Below are positions 22,450-36,016 of a stretch of 64,000 nt of DNA, piece by piece (positions within the stretch are counted from its first letter, which is position 1; each line of letters opens with the position of its first letter). The DNA is from Escherichia coli (lineage in GTDB: Bacteria > Pseudomonadota > Gammaproteobacteria > Enterobacterales > Enterobacteriaceae): NCBI RefSeq assembly GCF_024700885.2, contig NZ_CP117016.1. One strand, given 5' to 3'. The notes beneath the pieces were generated by a model. It had not been told where the DNA came from. It was given only the letters and a program-made list of their open reading frames with translations, and did not search any database. The translations under genes were made by a program, and so were the position numbers.

Positions 22450-22473
22450 AGATCCCTCCTGTGGCTAACGCCT

Positions 22474-22515
22474 CAATGAATTAAAATTCAATTTATATGG
22501 ATGATTATTCATTTG
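22474..22515 (-). promoter_or_regulatory. Tandem ARG boxes (ArgR operator) in the argI promoter
   Basis: AATGAATTAAAATTCAAT and ATGGATGATTATTCATTT, two 18-bp boxes separated by about 3 bp. Confidence 0.6.
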
Positions 22516-22610
22516 CAAGTCTAAAGCATAAATCTTTGTCACAAAGGTGGAGGCAATGTCAGTGGTGTGTGACAATAAGAGTATCGGCAGGACATTAAGA
22601 GGAATGAGCC

Positions 22611-23027
22611 ATGGCAAACCCGGAACAACTGGAAGAACAGCGTGAAGAAACACGTTTGATTATTGAAGAATTACTGGAAGATGGCAGCGATCCGGACGCG
22701 CTGTACACCATCGAACACCATCTTTCCGCAGACGATCTGGAAACTCTGGAAAAAGCGGCAGTTGAAGCGTTTAAACTCGGTTACGAAGTGACCGATCCAG
22801 AAGAGCTGGAAGTTGAAGATGGTGACATCGTGATTTGCTGCGACATCCTCAGCGAGTGCGCATTGAATGCCGATCTGATCGATGCCCAGGTTGAACAACT
22901 GATGACGCTGGCGGAGAAATTTGACGTTGAGTACGACGGTTGGGGCACTTACTTTGAAGATCCTAATGGCGAAGATGGCGACGATGAAGATTACGTCGAT
23001 GAAGACGATGACGGGGTTCGCCACTAA
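22611..23027 (+). CDS. rraB: Regulator of RNase E activity B
   Basis: 138-aa highly acidic product with D/E-rich C-terminus. Confidence 0.9.
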   Translation: MANPEQLEEQREETRLIIEELLEDGSDPDALYTIEHHLSADDLETLEKAAVEAFKLGYEVTDPEELEVEDGDIVICCDILSECALNADLIDAQVEQLMTLAEKFDVEYDGWGTYFEDPNGEDGDDEDYVDEDDDGVRH

Positions 23028-23041
23028 TTAATTGATTAAAA

Positions 23042-23074
23042 TGCCCGATAGCACACACTAGCGGGCATTTTTTT
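23042..23074 (+). terminator. Intrinsic terminator after rraB
   Basis: Hairpin TGCCCGATAGC...GCTAGCGGGCA followed by TTTTTTT. Confidence 0.6.
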
Positions 23075-23576
23075 AGAGTTCGCGTAGCATCCGCACTTCA
23101 CAATCGACATGGCCCGTGCAGCCAAGCGCATAGTCGATATGCTCAAAGCCCAAATGCTCATAAAGCGCAATGGCTTCCTTTAAAAAAGCGGTCGTTTCCA
23201 GATAGCAGCGTTTGAAGCCCATCTCTCGTGCCTGCTCCATCGCCATTACGGCCAGTTTTTTCGCTAGCCCTTTACCGCGAATAGCCGGAAGAAAATACAT
23301 CTTTTGCAGTTCGCAAATGTCCGACTCACTCCCGGTTAATGGCGCAATCCCACCGCCGCCGACCACTTCACCCTCGTACTCAACCACCCAATATGCATGG
23401 CCAGGCTGACTATACACTTGATACAGCTCGTCAAGATTCGGATCGGCGACGGTGTAGCCTTTATCAGCGGTAAGACCGTATTCGGCGGATACCTGACGAA
23501 TGACGCGGGCAATAGCAGGATTATCCTGCAGCGTCAGGCGACGCATTACAGGTGATTGCGGCGCAATGTTATTCAT
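23073..23576 (-). CDS. yjgM: GNAT-family N-acetyltransferase
   Basis: 167-aa product with acetyl-CoA-binding motif (RGKGLAKKL). Confidence 0.8.
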   Translation of the reverse strand: MNNIAPQSPVMRRLTLQDNPAIARVIRQVSAEYGLTADKGYTVADPNLDELYQVYSQPGHAYWVVEYEGEVVGGGGIAPLTGSESDICELQKMYFLPAIRGKGLAKKLAVMAMEQAREMGFKRCYLETTAFLKEAIALYEHLGFEHIDYALGCTGHVDCEVRMLREL

Positions 23577-23768
23577 AGTTTAACCCAATAAAAATAAAGT
23601 AATTATACATTTGTTTAATACCACTCTCTTCTTACGTGCGCAAGCGTCTTATAAAGCAATAAAGTTTTTGCCAGCCTATTACTGATAAGAGTATTGTAAC
23701 GTGGCAGAACATTTTACTGTCTGTATCTATAAATTATATCAATGGATTTTTTAATTCAGGGAATTTTT

Positions 23769-24965
23769 ATGGCTCAAGTTATTAATGAAATGGATGTTCC
23801 GTCCCATTCTTTTGTTTTTCATGGTACAGGTGAGAGATATTTTCTTATTTGTGTGGTGAATGTGTTGTTAACGATTATAACGCTAGGTATCTATTTACCA
23901 TGGGCATTAATGAAATGTAAGCGTTATCTTTATGCTAATATGGAAGTTAACGGACAACGATTTTCTTATGGAATAACCGGTGGGAATGTTTTTGTTAGTT
24001 GTCTTATTTTTGTTTTTTTCTATTTCGCAATCTTAATGACAGTGTCAGCAGATATGCCGCTTGTTGGTTGTGTTTTGACTTTGTTACTGTTGGTTTTGCT
24101 TATATTTATGGCAGCAAAAGGACTGCGTCATCAGGCCTTGATGACCAGTCTCAACGGCGTAAGATTTAGTTTTAATTGCTCTATGAAAGGGTTCTGGTGG
24201 GTAACCTTTTTCTTGCCGATTTTAATGGCCATTGGGATGGGGACTGTTTTCTTTATCTCGACAAAGATGCTACATGCCAATAGTTCAAGTAGTGTTATTA
24301 TATCTGTGGTTCTGATGGCAATAGTTGGTATTGTTTCCATTGGTATTTTTAATGGTACTTTATATAGTCTGGTAATGAGTTTTCTCTGGAGTAATACCAG
24401 TTTCGGTATACATCGTTTCAAGGTGAAATTAGATACTACATATTGTATAAAATATGCCATTCTCGCATTTTTAGCTTTATTACCTTTTCTCGCTGTTGCT
24501 GGTTATATTATCTTCGATCAAATATTAAATGAGTATGATAGTTCTGGGTATGCAAATGATGATGTTGAGAATTTACAGCAGTTTATGGAAATGCAACGTA
24601 AAATGATAATCGCGCAGTTAATTTATTATTTTGGGATTGCTGTTAGCACCAGTTATTTAACGGTGTCGTTGCGAAATCATTTTATGAGCAACCTGTCACT
24701 GAATGATGGGCGTATTCGTTTTCGCTCAACTTTAACGTACCACGGTATGCTTTATCGCATGTGTGCGTTGGTGGTGATATCCGGGATTACGGGTGGTCTG
24801 GCTTACCCACTGCTGAAAATATGGATGATTGACTGGCAGGCAAAAAATACGTATTTGCTGGGCGATTTGGATGACCTTCCTTTAATCAATAAAGAAGAAC
24901 AACCAGATAAAGGCTTCTTAGCCAGTATTTCTCGGGGAGTTATGCCTTCTTTACCATTTCTGTAA
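23769..24965 (+). CDS. yjgN: DUF898-family inner membrane protein
   Basis: 398-aa polytopic membrane protein from MAQVINEMDVPSH (internal Met of the longer ORF). Confidence 0.8.
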   Translation: MAQVINEMDVPSHSFVFHGTGERYFLICVVNVLLTIITLGIYLPWALMKCKRYLYANMEVNGQRFSYGITGGNVFVSCLIFVFFYFAILMTVSADMPLVGCVLTLLLLVLLIFMAAKGLRHQALMTSLNGVRFSFNCSMKGFWWVTFFLPILMAIGMGTVFFISTKMLHANSSSSVIISVVLMAIVGIVSIGIFNGTLYSLVMSFLWSNTSFGIHRFKVKLDTTYCIKYAILAFLALLPFLAVAGYIIFDQILNEYDSSGYANDDVENLQQFMEMQRKMIIAQLIYYFGIAVSTSYLTVSLRNHFMSNLSLNDGRIRFRSTLTYHGMLYRMCALVVISGITGGLAYPLLKIWMIDWQAKNTYLLGDLDDLPLINKEEQPDKGFLASISRGVMPSLPFL

Positions 24966-24970
24966 GAGAT

Positions 24971-25005
24971 AAAAAAGGCCGGAGCATGCTCCGGCCTTCG
25001 TTTTC
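24971..25005. terminator. Bidirectional intrinsic terminator between yjgN and valS
   Basis: Hairpin AAGGCCGGAGCATGCTCCGGCCTT flanked by A-run and T-run. Confidence 0.6.
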
Positions 25006-25018
25006 ATCACGGTGTTGA

Positions 25019-27874
25019 TTACAGCGCGGCGATAACAGCCTGCTGTTCAAGCAGCTTCGCTTTCGCTTCCGCATAGCCTTCCAGCTTCTCACGCTCTTTC
25101 GCGATAACCGCTTCCGGTGCACGGGCGACAAAGCCTTCGTTCGCCAGTTTGTTCTCGATACGGCTGATTTCACCTTCGATCTTCGCCACTTCTTTCGCCA
25201 GGCGCGCCAGCTCATCTTCTTTGTTGATGAGGCCAGCCATCGGGATCAGCAGCTCTGCGCCGTCGATGATCTTCGTAACGGAAACCGGACCTTTGTCATC
25301 GGCAGGCAGCACGGTGATGCTTTCCAGACGCGCCAGCGTTTGCAGGAAGCCACGGTTTTCGTTCACTCGACGTTCTGCATCCGCGCTGCAACCACGCAGC
25401 AGCAGCTCCAGCGGTTTGCCCGGCGCGATGTTCATTTCTGCACGGATGTTACGTACAGCAACGATCGCCTGTTTCAGCCACTCGGTGTCGGCCAGTGCGG
25501 CTTCATCAACCTGAGACGCATCGTACTGCGGGAACGGTTGCAGCATGATGGTGTCAGCAGTGATACCGCAAAGTACTTTCACACGCTGCCAGATGGTTTC
25601 GGTGATGAACGGAATGATCGGATGCGCCAGGCGCAGCAAACCTTCCAGTACAGTCACCAGCGTATGGCGAGTACCGCGCAGTTCGGCTTCTGTTCCACCG
25701 TTCATTACCGGCTTGGTCAGCTCCAGATACCAGTCACAGAACTGGTTCCAGGTGAACTCATACAAAATGCCTGCGGCGATATCGAAGCGGAAGCTGTCCA
25801 GCGCTTCGCGGTACGCTTTGATAGTCTGGTTGAACTCCGCCAGAATCCAGCGGTCCGCCAGCGACAGCGTCATTTCACCGCCGTTGAAGCCGCAATCCTG
25901 ACCTTCTGTGTTCATCAGCACAAAGCGGCTGGCGTTCCACAGCTTGTTACAGAAGTTACGGTAGCCTTCCAGACGCTTCATATCCCAGTTGATGTCACGA
26001 CCGGTAGAAGCCAGCGCCGCCAGGGTGAAGCGCAGCGCGTCAGTGCCGTGCGGCTCAATGCCGTTCGGGAACTGTTTCTCGGTGCGCTTACGGATTTTGT
26101 CCGCCAGCTGCGGCTGCATCATATTGCCGGTACGTTTTTCCAGCAGTTCTGGCAGCGAAATACCGTCAACCATATCCAGCGGGTCGATAACGTTACCCTT
26201 GGATTTGGACATCTTCTGGCCTTCGTCGTCACGAATCAGACCGGTCATGTAAACAGTGTGGAACGGCACCTGCGGTTTGCCATTTTCATCTTTGATGAAG
26301 TGCATGGTCATCATGATCATGCGGGCAATCCAGAAGAAGATGATGTCGAAACCAGATACCATCACGCTGGTTGGGTGGAACTGACGCAGGGCGTCGGTAT
26401 TTTCCGGCCAGCCGAGCGTGGAGAAGGTCCACAGCGCGGAGGAGAACCAGGTGTCGAGAACGTCTTCGTCCTGACGCAGGGCAACGTCGGCACCGAGGTT
26501 ATTTTCTTTACGCACTTCGTCTTCATTGCGGCCAACATAAACGTTACCCGCTTCGTCGTACCATGCCGGGATACGGTGACCCCACCACAGCTGACGAGAG
26601 ATACACCAGTCCTGAATATCGCGCATCCAGGAGAAGTACATGTTTTCGTACTGCTTCGGTACGAACTGAATGTCGCCGTTCTCAACCGCTTCAACTGCCG
26701 GTTTCGCCAGTACATCGGCACGCACGTACCACTGGTCGGTCAGCATCGGTTCGATAACCACGCCGCCACGGTCGCCGTAAGGAACGGTCAGGTCGTGCGG
26801 TTTAATTTCTTCCAGCAGGCCGAGTGCATCAACCGCAGCAACGACTGCTTTACGTGCAGCAAAACGCTCGAGTTTCTGGAACTCTGCCGGGATTTCGCTG
26901 GAATAAACGTCAGATTCGTTACCTTTGGTATCGAACACCTGGGCGCTTTCACGGATATCGCCGTCAAAGGTCAGGATGTTGATCATCGGCAGCGCGTGAC
27001 GTTTACCGACTTCATAGTCGTTAAAGTCGTGCGCCGGGGTGATTTTCACGCAGCCGGTGCCTTTTTCCATGTCGGCGTGTTCGTCGCCAACGATCGGAAT
27101 ACGACGGTTAACCAGCGGCAGAATGACATATTTGCCAATCAGATCTTTGTAACGCGGATCTTCCGGGTTAACGGCTACGCCGGTATCGCCCAGTAGGGTT
27201 TCCGGGCGAGTGGTCGCAACCACCAGATAATCTTTACCGTCTGCGGTTTTCGCGCCGTCAGCCAGCGGATAGCGGATGTGCCACATCGAACCTTTCGATT
27301 CGCGATTTTCCACTTCCAGGTCAGAGATAGCGGTACGCAGTTTCGGGTCCCAGTTTACCAGGCGCTTGCCACGGTAAATCAGGTCTTCTTTATACAGACG
27401 AACGAAAACTTCTTTCACCGCATTGGACAGGCCTTCGTCCATGGTGAAGCGTTCACGCTCCCAGTCGACGGAGTTGCCGAGACGGCGCATCTGACGGGTA
27501 ATGGTGCCGCCAGATTCCGCTTTCCATTCCCAGATTTTGTCGATGAAAGCTTCGCGGCCGTAGTCGTGACGGGTTTTACCTTCTTCTGCGGCAATCTTGC
27601 GCTCAACGACCATCTGGGTAGCGATCCCGGCGTGGTCAGTACCGACCTGCCACAGGGTGTTTTTGCCCTGCATGCGCTGATAGCGGATCATGGTATCCAT
27701 GATGGTTTGCTGGAAGGCGTGACCCATATGCAAACTGCCGGTGACGTTCGGCGGCGGGATCATGATGCAGAAACTTTCCTGGCTTTCATCGCCATTAGGC
27801 TTAAAGTAGCCCTGCTTTTCCCAGTGCTCGTAAAGCGGCTGTTCGATATCTTGTGGGTTATATGTCTTTTCCAT
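25019..27874 (-). CDS. valS: Valine--tRNA ligase
   Basis: 951-aa product with HMGH and KMSKS motifs and C-terminal coiled coil. Confidence 0.97.
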   Translation of the reverse strand: MEKTYNPQDIEQPLYEHWEKQGYFKPNGDESQESFCIMIPPPNVTGSLHMGHAFQQTIMDTMIRYQRMQGKNTLWQVGTDHAGIATQMVVERKIAAEEGKTRHDYGREAFIDKIWEWKAESGGTITRQMRRLGNSVDWERERFTMDEGLSNAVKEVFVRLYKEDLIYRGKRLVNWDPKLRTAISDLEVENRESKGSMWHIRYPLADGAKTADGKDYLVVATTRPETLLGDTGVAVNPEDPRYKDLIGKYVILPLVNRRIPIVGDEHADMEKGTGCVKITPAHDFNDYEVGKRHALPMINILTFDGDIRESAQVFDTKGNESDVYSSEIPAEFQKLERFAARKAVVAAVDALGLLEEIKPHDLTVPYGDRGGVVIEPMLTDQWYVRADVLAKPAVEAVENGDIQFVPKQYENMYFSWMRDIQDWCISRQLWWGHRIPAWYDEAGNVYVGRNEDEVRKENNLGADVALRQDEDVLDTWFSSALWTFSTLGWPENTDALRQFHPTSVMVSGFDIIFFWIARMIMMTMHFIKDENGKPQVPFHTVYMTGLIRDDEGQKMSKSKGNVIDPLDMVDGISLPELLEKRTGNMMQPQLADKIRKRTEKQFPNGIEPHGTDALRFTLAALASTGRDINWDMKRLEGYRNFCNKLWNASRFVLMNTEGQDCGFNGGEMTLSLADRWILAEFNQTIKAYREALDSFRFDIAAGILYEFTWNQFCDWYLELTKPVMNGGTEAELRGTRHTLVTVLEGLLRLAHPIIPFITETIWQRVKVLCGITADTIMLQPFPQYDASQVDEAALADTEWLKQAIVAVRNIRAEMNIAPGKPLELLLRGCSADAERRVNENRGFLQTLARLESITVLPADDKGPVSVTKIIDGAELLIPMAGLINKEDELARLAKEVAKIEGEISRIENKLANEGFVARAPEAVIAKEREKLEGYAEAKAKLLEQQAVIAAL

Positions 27875-28317
27875 TATTTCCAGGTTGCCGTATTCAGGTT
27901 GAAACCAGCCACGCGGTAGGCTTTATAGCGTTCGCGCGCCAGTTGTTTCAGAGAATCTTCATAAGGAACGAAGTCTACCACTTCTGTGAAAGCGGTGGCA
28001 AAATCTGCAAAGCTTGTTCGCAGACTAATCAATATATCGCGCGGGCTGCTGCTACGCTTTTGCGGCCAGGCGATCTCCACCGGCGCACCGCCGCGCGGTC
28101 CTTCTCCCGCTAAATTATGCGGAACAAAGCTTTCTGCCGGACGCGCCCACAGGGCTTCATCCAGCCGGTAAGCCTGCTTTTCATCTTCACAGGCGATGAG
28201 CACGCGCTTACCGCTGCGCCAACGTTCTGCGGCAATTTCACACACCAGCTGCTCAACGGCGCTTAAGCCATCGACGGTGGTGTCATTGTCCAGAAGGTAG
28301 AACGTTGCGTTTTTCAT
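27874..28317 (-). CDS. holC: DNA polymerase III chi subunit
   Basis: 147-aa product from MKNATFYLL; stop overlaps the valS start. Confidence 0.9.
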   Translation of the reverse strand: MKNATFYLLDNDTTVDGLSAVEQLVCEIAAERWRSGKRVLIACEDEKQAYRLDEALWARPAESFVPHNLAGEGPRGGAPVEIAWPQKRSSSPRDILISLRTSFADFATAFTEVVDFVPYEDSLKQLARERYKAYRVAGFNLNTATWK

Positions 28318-28450
28318 ATATGGGGCTTCTTGTGGTGGATTTAAATATTGCTGCATTCCTCACCCTGAAAGATGAGCAATGAATTTCTATTGCGCTCGAT
28401 CGGTTCCCTCTCCCTTAGGGAGAGGGTTAGGGTGAGGGTAAAACGCAAAC

Positions 28451-29965
<1,515 letters not shown>

Positions 29966-30228
29966 CTACGCTCCTGAATCTTAAAGACAACGGCGGTGGC
30001 TACAGATAGAATTGCAAGCTTTCGTAACTCATGTCCGCTGTTGCGATGACTTCGTGTTAATCTTAACGTTATTACGGCATTGGCACGTCAGAACATAATC
30101 TGAGAGGTGAATCCGTTGAGTATAATTATCTTAGCGACGATTTCGACGACTCAAGAGAATAAATGACGTTTAAGCCATGAAACAAGCTAAAATCCTGCAA
30201 AAGACGAGTTTTTACGGGCGTATTTAAA

Positions 30229-31329
30229 GTGATAATCATAAGATATCTGGTGCGGGAGACGCTCAAAAGCCAGCTGGCGATACTCTTCATCTTGCTTTTG
30301 ATCTTCTTCTGTCAAAAGTTAGTGAGGATCCTCGGCGCAGCGGTTGACGGCGATATTCCGGCGAATCTGGTGCTCTCCCTTCTCGGGTTGGGCGTGCCGG
30401 AAATGGCGCAGCTTATCCTGCCATTAAGCCTGTTCCTCGGGCTGCTGATGACGCTGGGCAAACTGTATACCGAAAGTGAAATTACGGTAATGCATGCCTG
30501 CGGCCTGAGCAAAGCGGTTCTGGTGAAAGCGGCAATGATCCTTGCGGTATTCACGGCAATCGTCGCGGCGGTTAACGTGATGTGGGCGGGACCGTGGTCA
30601 TCGCGTCATCAGGATGAAGTGTTAGCAGAAGCGAAAGCGAACCCTGGCATGGCGGCGCTGGCGCAAGGGCAATTCCAGCAAGCGACTAATGGCAGTTCGG
30701 TGCTGTTCATCGAAAGCGTTGACGGCAGCGATTTCAAAGATGTGTTCCTCGCGCAAATTCGACCAAAAGGTAATGCACGTCCTTCTGTGGTGGTGGCCGA
30801 TTCCGGACATTTAACCCAGCTGCGCGACGGCTCCCAGGTCGTCACTCTCAACCAGGGAACGCGCTTCGAAGGCACTGCACTGTTACGTGATTTCCGCATT
30901 ACGGATTTCCAGGATTATCAGGCGATCATTGGTCACCAGGCGGTGGTGCTCGACCCGAACGATACCGACCAGATGGACATGCGCACATTGTGGAACACTG
31001 ACACCGATCGTGCTCGCGCAGAACTGAACTGGCGTATCACGTTGGTATTCACCGTGTTTATGATGGCACTTATGGTCGTACCGCTGAGCGTGGTTAACCC
31101 ACGTCAGGGACGCGTACTGTCGATGCTGCCAGCCATGCTGCTGTATCTGTTGTTCTTCCTGATCCAGACCTCCCTGAAATCGAACGGCGGTAAAGGTAAG
31201 CTGGACCCGACGCTGTGGATGTGGACCGTTAACCTGATTTATCTGGCTTTGGCGATTGTTCTCAACCTTTGGGACACCGTGCCGGTCCGCCGCCTGCGCG
31301 CCAGTTTTTCGCGTAAAGGAGCGGTGTGA
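30229..31329 (+). CDS. lptF: LPS export ABC transporter permease LptF
   Basis: 366-aa membrane protein; stop overlaps the lptG start. Confidence 0.93.
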   Translation: MIIIRYLVRETLKSQLAILFILLLIFFCQKLVRILGAAVDGDIPANLVLSLLGLGVPEMAQLILPLSLFLGLLMTLGKLYTESEITVMHACGLSKAVLVKAAMILAVFTAIVAAVNVMWAGPWSSRHQDEVLAEAKANPGMAALAQGQFQQATNGSSVLFIESVDGSDFKDVFLAQIRPKGNARPSVVVADSGHLTQLRDGSQVVTLNQGTRFEGTALLRDFRITDFQDYQAIIGHQAVVLDPNDTDQMDMRTLWNTDTDRARAELNWRITLVFTVFMMALMVVPLSVVNPRQGRVLSMLPAMLLYLLFFLIQTSLKSNGGKGKLDPTLWMWTVNLIYLALAIVLNLWDTVPVRRLRASFSRKGAV

Positions 31330-32411
31330 TGCAACCTTTTGGCGTACTTGACCGCTATATCGGTAAAACTATTTTCACCACCATCATGATGACACTGTTC
31401 ATGCTGGTGTCGCTGTCGGGCATTATCAAATTTGTCGATCAGTTGAAAAAAGCCGGGCAGGGGAGTTACGACGCGTTAGGCGCAGGAATGTATACCTTGC
31501 TGAGCGTGCCGAAAGATGTGCAGATCTTCTTCCCGATGGCGGCTCTGCTTGGGGCGTTGCTTGGTCTTGGGATGCTGGCGCAGCGCAGCGAACTGGTGGT
31601 GATGCAGGCTTCTGGTTTTACCCGTATGCAGGTGGCGCTGTCGGTGATGAAAACCGCCATTCCGCTGGTCTTACTGACGATGGCGATTGGTGAATGGGTC
31701 GCGCCGCAGGGCGAGCAGATGGCGCGTAACTACCGTGCGCAGGCGATGTACGGCGGCTCGTTGCTCTCTACCCAGCAAGGTTTATGGGCGAAAGATGGCA
31801 ACAACTTCGTCTACATTGAGCGGGTTAAAGGTGACGAAGAGTTAGGTGGCATCAGTATTTATGCCTTTAACGAGAATCGTCGTCTGCAATCCGTACGCTA
31901 TGCCGCTACCGCGAAGTTTGACCCGGAACATAAAGTCTGGCGTCTGTCGCAGGTTGATGAATCTGATCTGACCAATCCGAAACAGATCACCGGTTCGCAG
32001 ACGGTGAGCGGCACCTGGAAAACCAACCTCACGCCGGACAAACTGGGCGTGGTGGCGCTGGACCCGGATGCACTCTCCATCAGTGGTTTGCACAACTACG
32101 TGAAGTATCTGAAGTCGAGCGGTCAGGATGCCGGGCGTTATCAGCTCAACATGTGGAGCAAAATCTTCCAGCCGCTATCCGTGGCGGTGATGATGCTGAT
32201 GGCGCTGTCGTTCATCTTTGGCCCACTGCGTAGCGTACCGATGGGTGTGCGTGTGGTCACCGGTATTAGCTTCGGTTTTGTCTTCTACGTACTGGACCAG
32301 ATCTTCGGCCCGCTGACGTTGGTTTATGGCATCCCGCCGATCATCGGCGCACTGTTGCCAAGCGCTAGCTTCTTCTTAATCAGCCTGTGGCTGTTAATGA
32401 GAAAATCGTAA
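31329..32411 (+). CDS. lptG: LPS export ABC transporter permease LptG
   Basis: 360-aa product from ATG 31329 (MQPFGVLDRYIGK); the ORF track starts one codon earlier at GTG 31326. Confidence 0.93.
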   Translation: MQPFGVLDRYIGKTIFTTIMMTLFMLVSLSGIIKFVDQLKKAGQGSYDALGAGMYTLLSVPKDVQIFFPMAALLGALLGLGMLAQRSELVVMQASGFTRMQVALSVMKTAIPLVLLTMAIGEWVAPQGEQMARNYRAQAMYGGSLLSTQQGLWAKDGNNFVYIERVKGDEELGGISIYAFNENRRLQSVRYAATAKFDPEHKVWRLSQVDESDLTNPKQITGSQTVSGTWKTNLTPDKLGVVALDPDALSISGLHNYVKYLKSSGQDAGRYQLNMWSKIFQPLSVAVMMLMALSFIFGPLRSVPMGVRVVTGISFGFVFYVLDQIFGPLTLVYGIPPIIGALLPSASFFLISLWLLMRKS

Positions 32412-32425
32412 CCGAATGAACGAAT

Positions 32426-32452
32426 AAAGGGAGCGAAAGCTCCCTTTATTAT
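32426..32452 (+). terminator. Intrinsic terminator after lptG
   Basis: Hairpin AAAGGGAGC-gaa-AGCTCCCTTT followed by a T-rich tract. Confidence 0.55.
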
Positions 32453-32571
32453 TGTTAGCATAGTGTGCTTCGTTCATTTATGAAAAATCATTAAAATTCA
32501 ATATATTGCAGTGGTGTGGGCATAATAAGACGCGCCAGCGTCGCATCAGGCAAAGACAAATCGCACCTGGC

Positions 32572-34074
32572 TTACCTTTTTCTCCCCCCCAGCAAACTCC
32601 CCAACATTCCACGCACAATCTGATTCGTCACCTGGCGGGCGGCGCTTTTCGCCATTGTTTGCACAACACCATCTTTCTTCCCGCCGCGTGGTCCGGTAGT
32701 GCCGAACAAAATATCCTTCAATCCACCAAGAATGCCGTCATCTACCGCTACCTCTTTCCCTTTCGCGGGGGGATTATTTTGCTGCTCGGTGCTTGCCTGT
32801 ACGCCTTTTTGCAACATCTCATAGGCGGATTCCCGGTCCACGTCATCCTCGTACTTGCCATACACCGGAGAGTGATTAATCAAGCCATTACGCTCATCTT
32901 CCGTCACCGGTCCCATCCGCGAACAAGGCGCAATCACCATCGCCCGTTCCACCACAGAAGGACTTCCTTTTGCATCGAGAAACGAGATTAACGCCTCGCC
33001 GGTCCCCAGTTCCTGGATTGCCTTTTCCGTATCAAATGCAGGGGTGGGGCGCATGGTTTGCGCCGCAGCTTTTACCGCTTTCTGATCTTTGGGCGTAAAA
33101 GCACGCAAAGCGTGTTGAACGCGATTACCGAGCTGGCCGAGCACATTATCTGGAATATCAGACGGGTTTTGCGAAACGAACCAGACGCCCACGCCTTTTG
33201 AGCGAATAAGCCTTATCACCTGCTCAATCTTATCCAGCAGTACCTGCGGGGCATCGTTAAATAGCAGATGTGCCTCGTCGAAGAAAAACACCAGTTTTGG
33301 TTTCTCCAGATCGCCCGCTTCCGGCAATTGTTCATACAACTCTGAAAGCATCCACAGCAGGCTGGCGGCGTACAGTTTCGGCATCTGATAAAGTTTCTCG
33401 GCGCTGAGGATATTGATAACGCCTTTACCGTTGGCATCGGTGCGCATCCAGTCTTTGATATCCAGCATCGGCTCACCAAAGAAGTGTGCTGCGCCTTGCT
33501 GTTCCAGCGACAACAGCCCGCGCTGGATGGCACCAACCGATGCGCTACTGATATTTCCGTACTGATTCTGGAAGGATTTGGCGTTATCGCCGATGTACTG
33601 GGTAATTGCCCGCAGATCTTTAAAGTCGAGCAGTAACAGCCCCTGATCGTCAGCAATGCGGAAAATGATATCCAGCACGCCAGATTGCACATCGTTGAGA
33701 TTCAACAGTCGCGCCAGCAACAGCGGTCCCAGATCCGAAACCGTCGCCCGCACCGGATGGCCTTTCTCGCCAAAGATATCCCACACCACCACCGGATTGG
33801 CATGCGGTTGCCAATCATTGACGCCGATATTTTTAAGCCTTGCGAGCAGTTTTTCCGACGCCGTTCCTGCCTGCGCGATACCGGTCAGATCGCCTTTCAC
33901 ATCAGCCATAAACACCGGCACGCCGATTTCCGACAATGACTCTGCCAGTTTTTGCAGCGTAACGGTTTTACCCGTCCCCGTTGCGCCGGTAATCAGCCCG
34001 TGACGGTTCGCCATTCCCGGCAGTAAAAACAGTTCTGTGTCCGGCGTGCGGGCAATTAACAGGGGTTCGCTCAT
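32572..34074 (-). CDS. yjgR: DUF853 P-loop NTPase (HerA/FtsK-like)
   Basis: 500-aa product from [12 protein letters not shown]; Walker A GATGTGKT. Confidence 0.85.
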   Translation of the reverse strand: MSEPLLIARTPDTELFLLPGMANRHGLITGATGTGKTVTLQKLAESLSEIGVPVFMADVKGDLTGIAQAGTASEKLLARLKNIGVNDWQPHANPVVVWDIFGEKGHPVRATVSDLGPLLLARLLNLNDVQSGVLDIIFRIADDQGLLLLDFKDLRAITQYIGDNAKSFQNQYGNISSASVGAIQRGLLSLEQQGAAHFFGEPMLDIKDWMRTDANGKGVINILSAEKLYQMPKLYAASLLWMLSELYEQLPEAGDLEKPKLVFFFDEAHLLFNDAPQVLLDKIEQVIRLIRSKGVGVWFVSQNPSDIPDNVLGQLGNRVQHALRAFTPKDQKAVKAAAQTMRPTPAFDTEKAIQELGTGEALISFLDAKGSPSVVERAMVIAPCSRMGPVTEDERNGLINHSPVYGKYEDDVDRESAYEMLQKGVQASTEQQNNPPAKGKEVAVDDGILGGLKDILFGTTGPRGGKKDGVVQTMAKSAARQVTNQIVRGMLGSLLGGRKR

Positions 34075-34203
34075 GAGATTTCCTCCAGTTTCCTGCCTGG
34101 AGTATAGGCAACGGCTGCGCACTCTTCACCGCTAAATTCAGCAGATTGCGAGACGCCTTCCAAAGAGATTTAAGTGCCGGGCGACAGGCACCCGGCAAAG
34201 GGA

Positions 34204-35223
34204 TCAGAAGTCGGCTTTCAGGACCACTCGGTAGCGCGCTTTACCATCGCGTACATGCTGAATGGCGTCGTTAATTTTCGACATCGGGAACAATTCGGTA
34301 GTCGGCGCAACCTTGCTGCGGGCGGCAAAGCGCATCAGCTTACGCAACTCATAAGGCGTGCCGGTAGCAGAACCAGAGACGCTGCGGTCGCCCGCAATTA
34401 ACGTAAAGGCCGGAACAGACAGCGGCGTGAGAACCGCACCGACCGTATGGAAATTACCGCCGTACGTCAGCGCTTCAAAATAAGGCTGCCAGTCGAGGCT
34501 GACGTTGACGGTGTTGATAATGAGATCAAACTGCCCCGCCAGTGCTTTCAGTGCCTGCGGATCGCGGCTATTCACCACTTTATCGGCACCCATCGCCAGT
34601 ACTTCCTGCTCTTTCGCCGGATTCGAACTAAAGGCTGTCACCTCGCATCCCATTGCGTGCAGAAGTTTTATAGCGATATGCCCCAGCCCGCCAATACCAA
34701 TTACCCCAACGCGGCTGGTGGCAGTGATATGGTGCATTAACAGTGGTTTGAAGACCGTGATACCACCGCACAACAGCGGCCCGGCGGACTCGATATCAAT
34801 ATTTTCTGGCAGTGGAATCACCCATTGCCAGTCCGCACGCAACTTCTCGGCAAAGCCACCGCGATTCATAATCGTCGGCACCGCACCTTGCTCACAGTTG
34901 ATCTGATTACCGCTAATACAGGCATCGCAATGCCCGCAGCTACGCGCCGTCCAGCCAATCCCGACACGCTGACCGACCTGCAAACCTTTATCCTGCGCGG
35001 CGCTCCCGAGCGCCACCACGCGACCAATCACCTCATGCCCGGCAACCAGCGGATATTGTGAAAATCCCCATTCGTTATCGATCATCGACAGATCGGAATG
35101 GCAGATCCCGCAGTAATCCACCTGCACTTCAACATCTTGTGGCTTCAGTTCACCGGGATCGTACTCATAAACTTCCAGTTCGCCGCCTGCTTCTTTTGCG
35201 GCATAGCTTTTTATCATCGACAT
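34204..35223 (-). CDS. ahr: NADPH-dependent aldehyde reductase (Zn-dependent MDR family)
   Basis: 339-aa product from [14 protein letters not shown]; Zn-binding GHEVIG and CGxCxxC motifs. Confidence 0.88.
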   Translation of the reverse strand: MSMIKSYAAKEAGGELEVYEYDPGELKPQDVEVQVDYCGICHSDLSMIDNEWGFSQYPLVAGHEVIGRVVALGSAAQDKGLQVGQRVGIGWTARSCGHCDACISGNQINCEQGAVPTIMNRGGFAEKLRADWQWVIPLPENIDIESAGPLLCGGITVFKPLLMHHITATSRVGVIGIGGLGHIAIKLLHAMGCEVTAFSSNPAKEQEVLAMGADKVVNSRDPQALKALAGQFDLIINTVNVSLDWQPYFEALTYGGNFHTVGAVLTPLSVPAFTLIAGDRSVSGSATGTPYELRKLMRFAARSKVAPTTELFPMSKINDAIQHVRDGKARYRVVLKADF

Positions 35224-35418
35224 TTTTTGGTCCTTCTCTGGTGTTGTCTGGGAAGTGTAGAGCATGGCAGGGCGGGGTGCCTGGAGTGTGACAAAGGTTA
35301 CACATCGCTGTATGCAATGCTGAAAATTTCAGCACTTAGCGAGGTGCGAGCAAGCTGGCGCTTGCATGGTGGCGTGCGACAGGTATAATCCACAACGTTT
35401 TCCGCATACCTCTTCAGT

Positions 35419-35503
35419 GCCGAAGTGGCGAAATCGGTAGACGCAGTTGATTCAAAATCAACCGTAGAAATACGTGCCGGTTCGAGTCCGGCCTTCGGCA
35501 CCA
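35419..35503 (+). tRNA. leuX: tRNA-Leu (anticodon CAA)
   Basis: 85-nt sequence GCCGAAGTGGCGAAATCGGTAGACGCAGTTGATTCAAAATCAACC...GGTTCGAGTCCGGCCTTCGGCACCA with long variable arm and encoded CCA. Confidence 0.9.
35479..35503 (+). repeat. Island junction (attL-like): leuX 3' end, repeated at 41077-41101
   Basis: 25-bp GGTTCGAGTCCGGCCTTCGGCACCA present twice in direct orientation. Confidence 0.75.
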
Positions 35504-36016
35504 AGTCACTAAATTCCTTACAATACAGGTAGTTAGACAATAAAATCTGTCTCTTTTGCCTGTAAGAAATGCTCTGTTATGTCCCTTGAAAAAGCCGCTG
35601 TGGTTGATAGTGGTAATTGGGATGTTAACTCATAGCGGCGTGTAGTTCCAAGCGTCAAACACGTACTGACTCAACTTGAAAGCTATGACGTAGCCACTGT
35701 CTCTAAACAATCCCAAAAACTTTTAGTGAAGCGCATTTTAGCCCGATGCCCCCGTTCTGCCGCTGTCGCGAGACGCCGCAGGGGATAAACAGGTTTATGG
35801 TGGTCACGGTACTTGCAGACCATATGCAAGCTCTGCCAGCGGTTCGGCCTCGCTCCCCTTGGGTACATGGTCATCCTGATAAGCCTCACTAACTGACATA
35901 ACTGTGATGTAGTCGCCAGAGGCTCCGCTTGTTGTCTTACCACCAACGGGGCTTTATGGATTCTATTGCGGTATGTTTGAAAGTGCGCGGGGGTTCATTC
36001 CCGCGCGTCCGGCGCT

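Noticed and set aside
25340-27196. 618-aa plus-strand ORF
   Set aside because: Antisense to valS; a long open frame by chance in a GC-biased gene.
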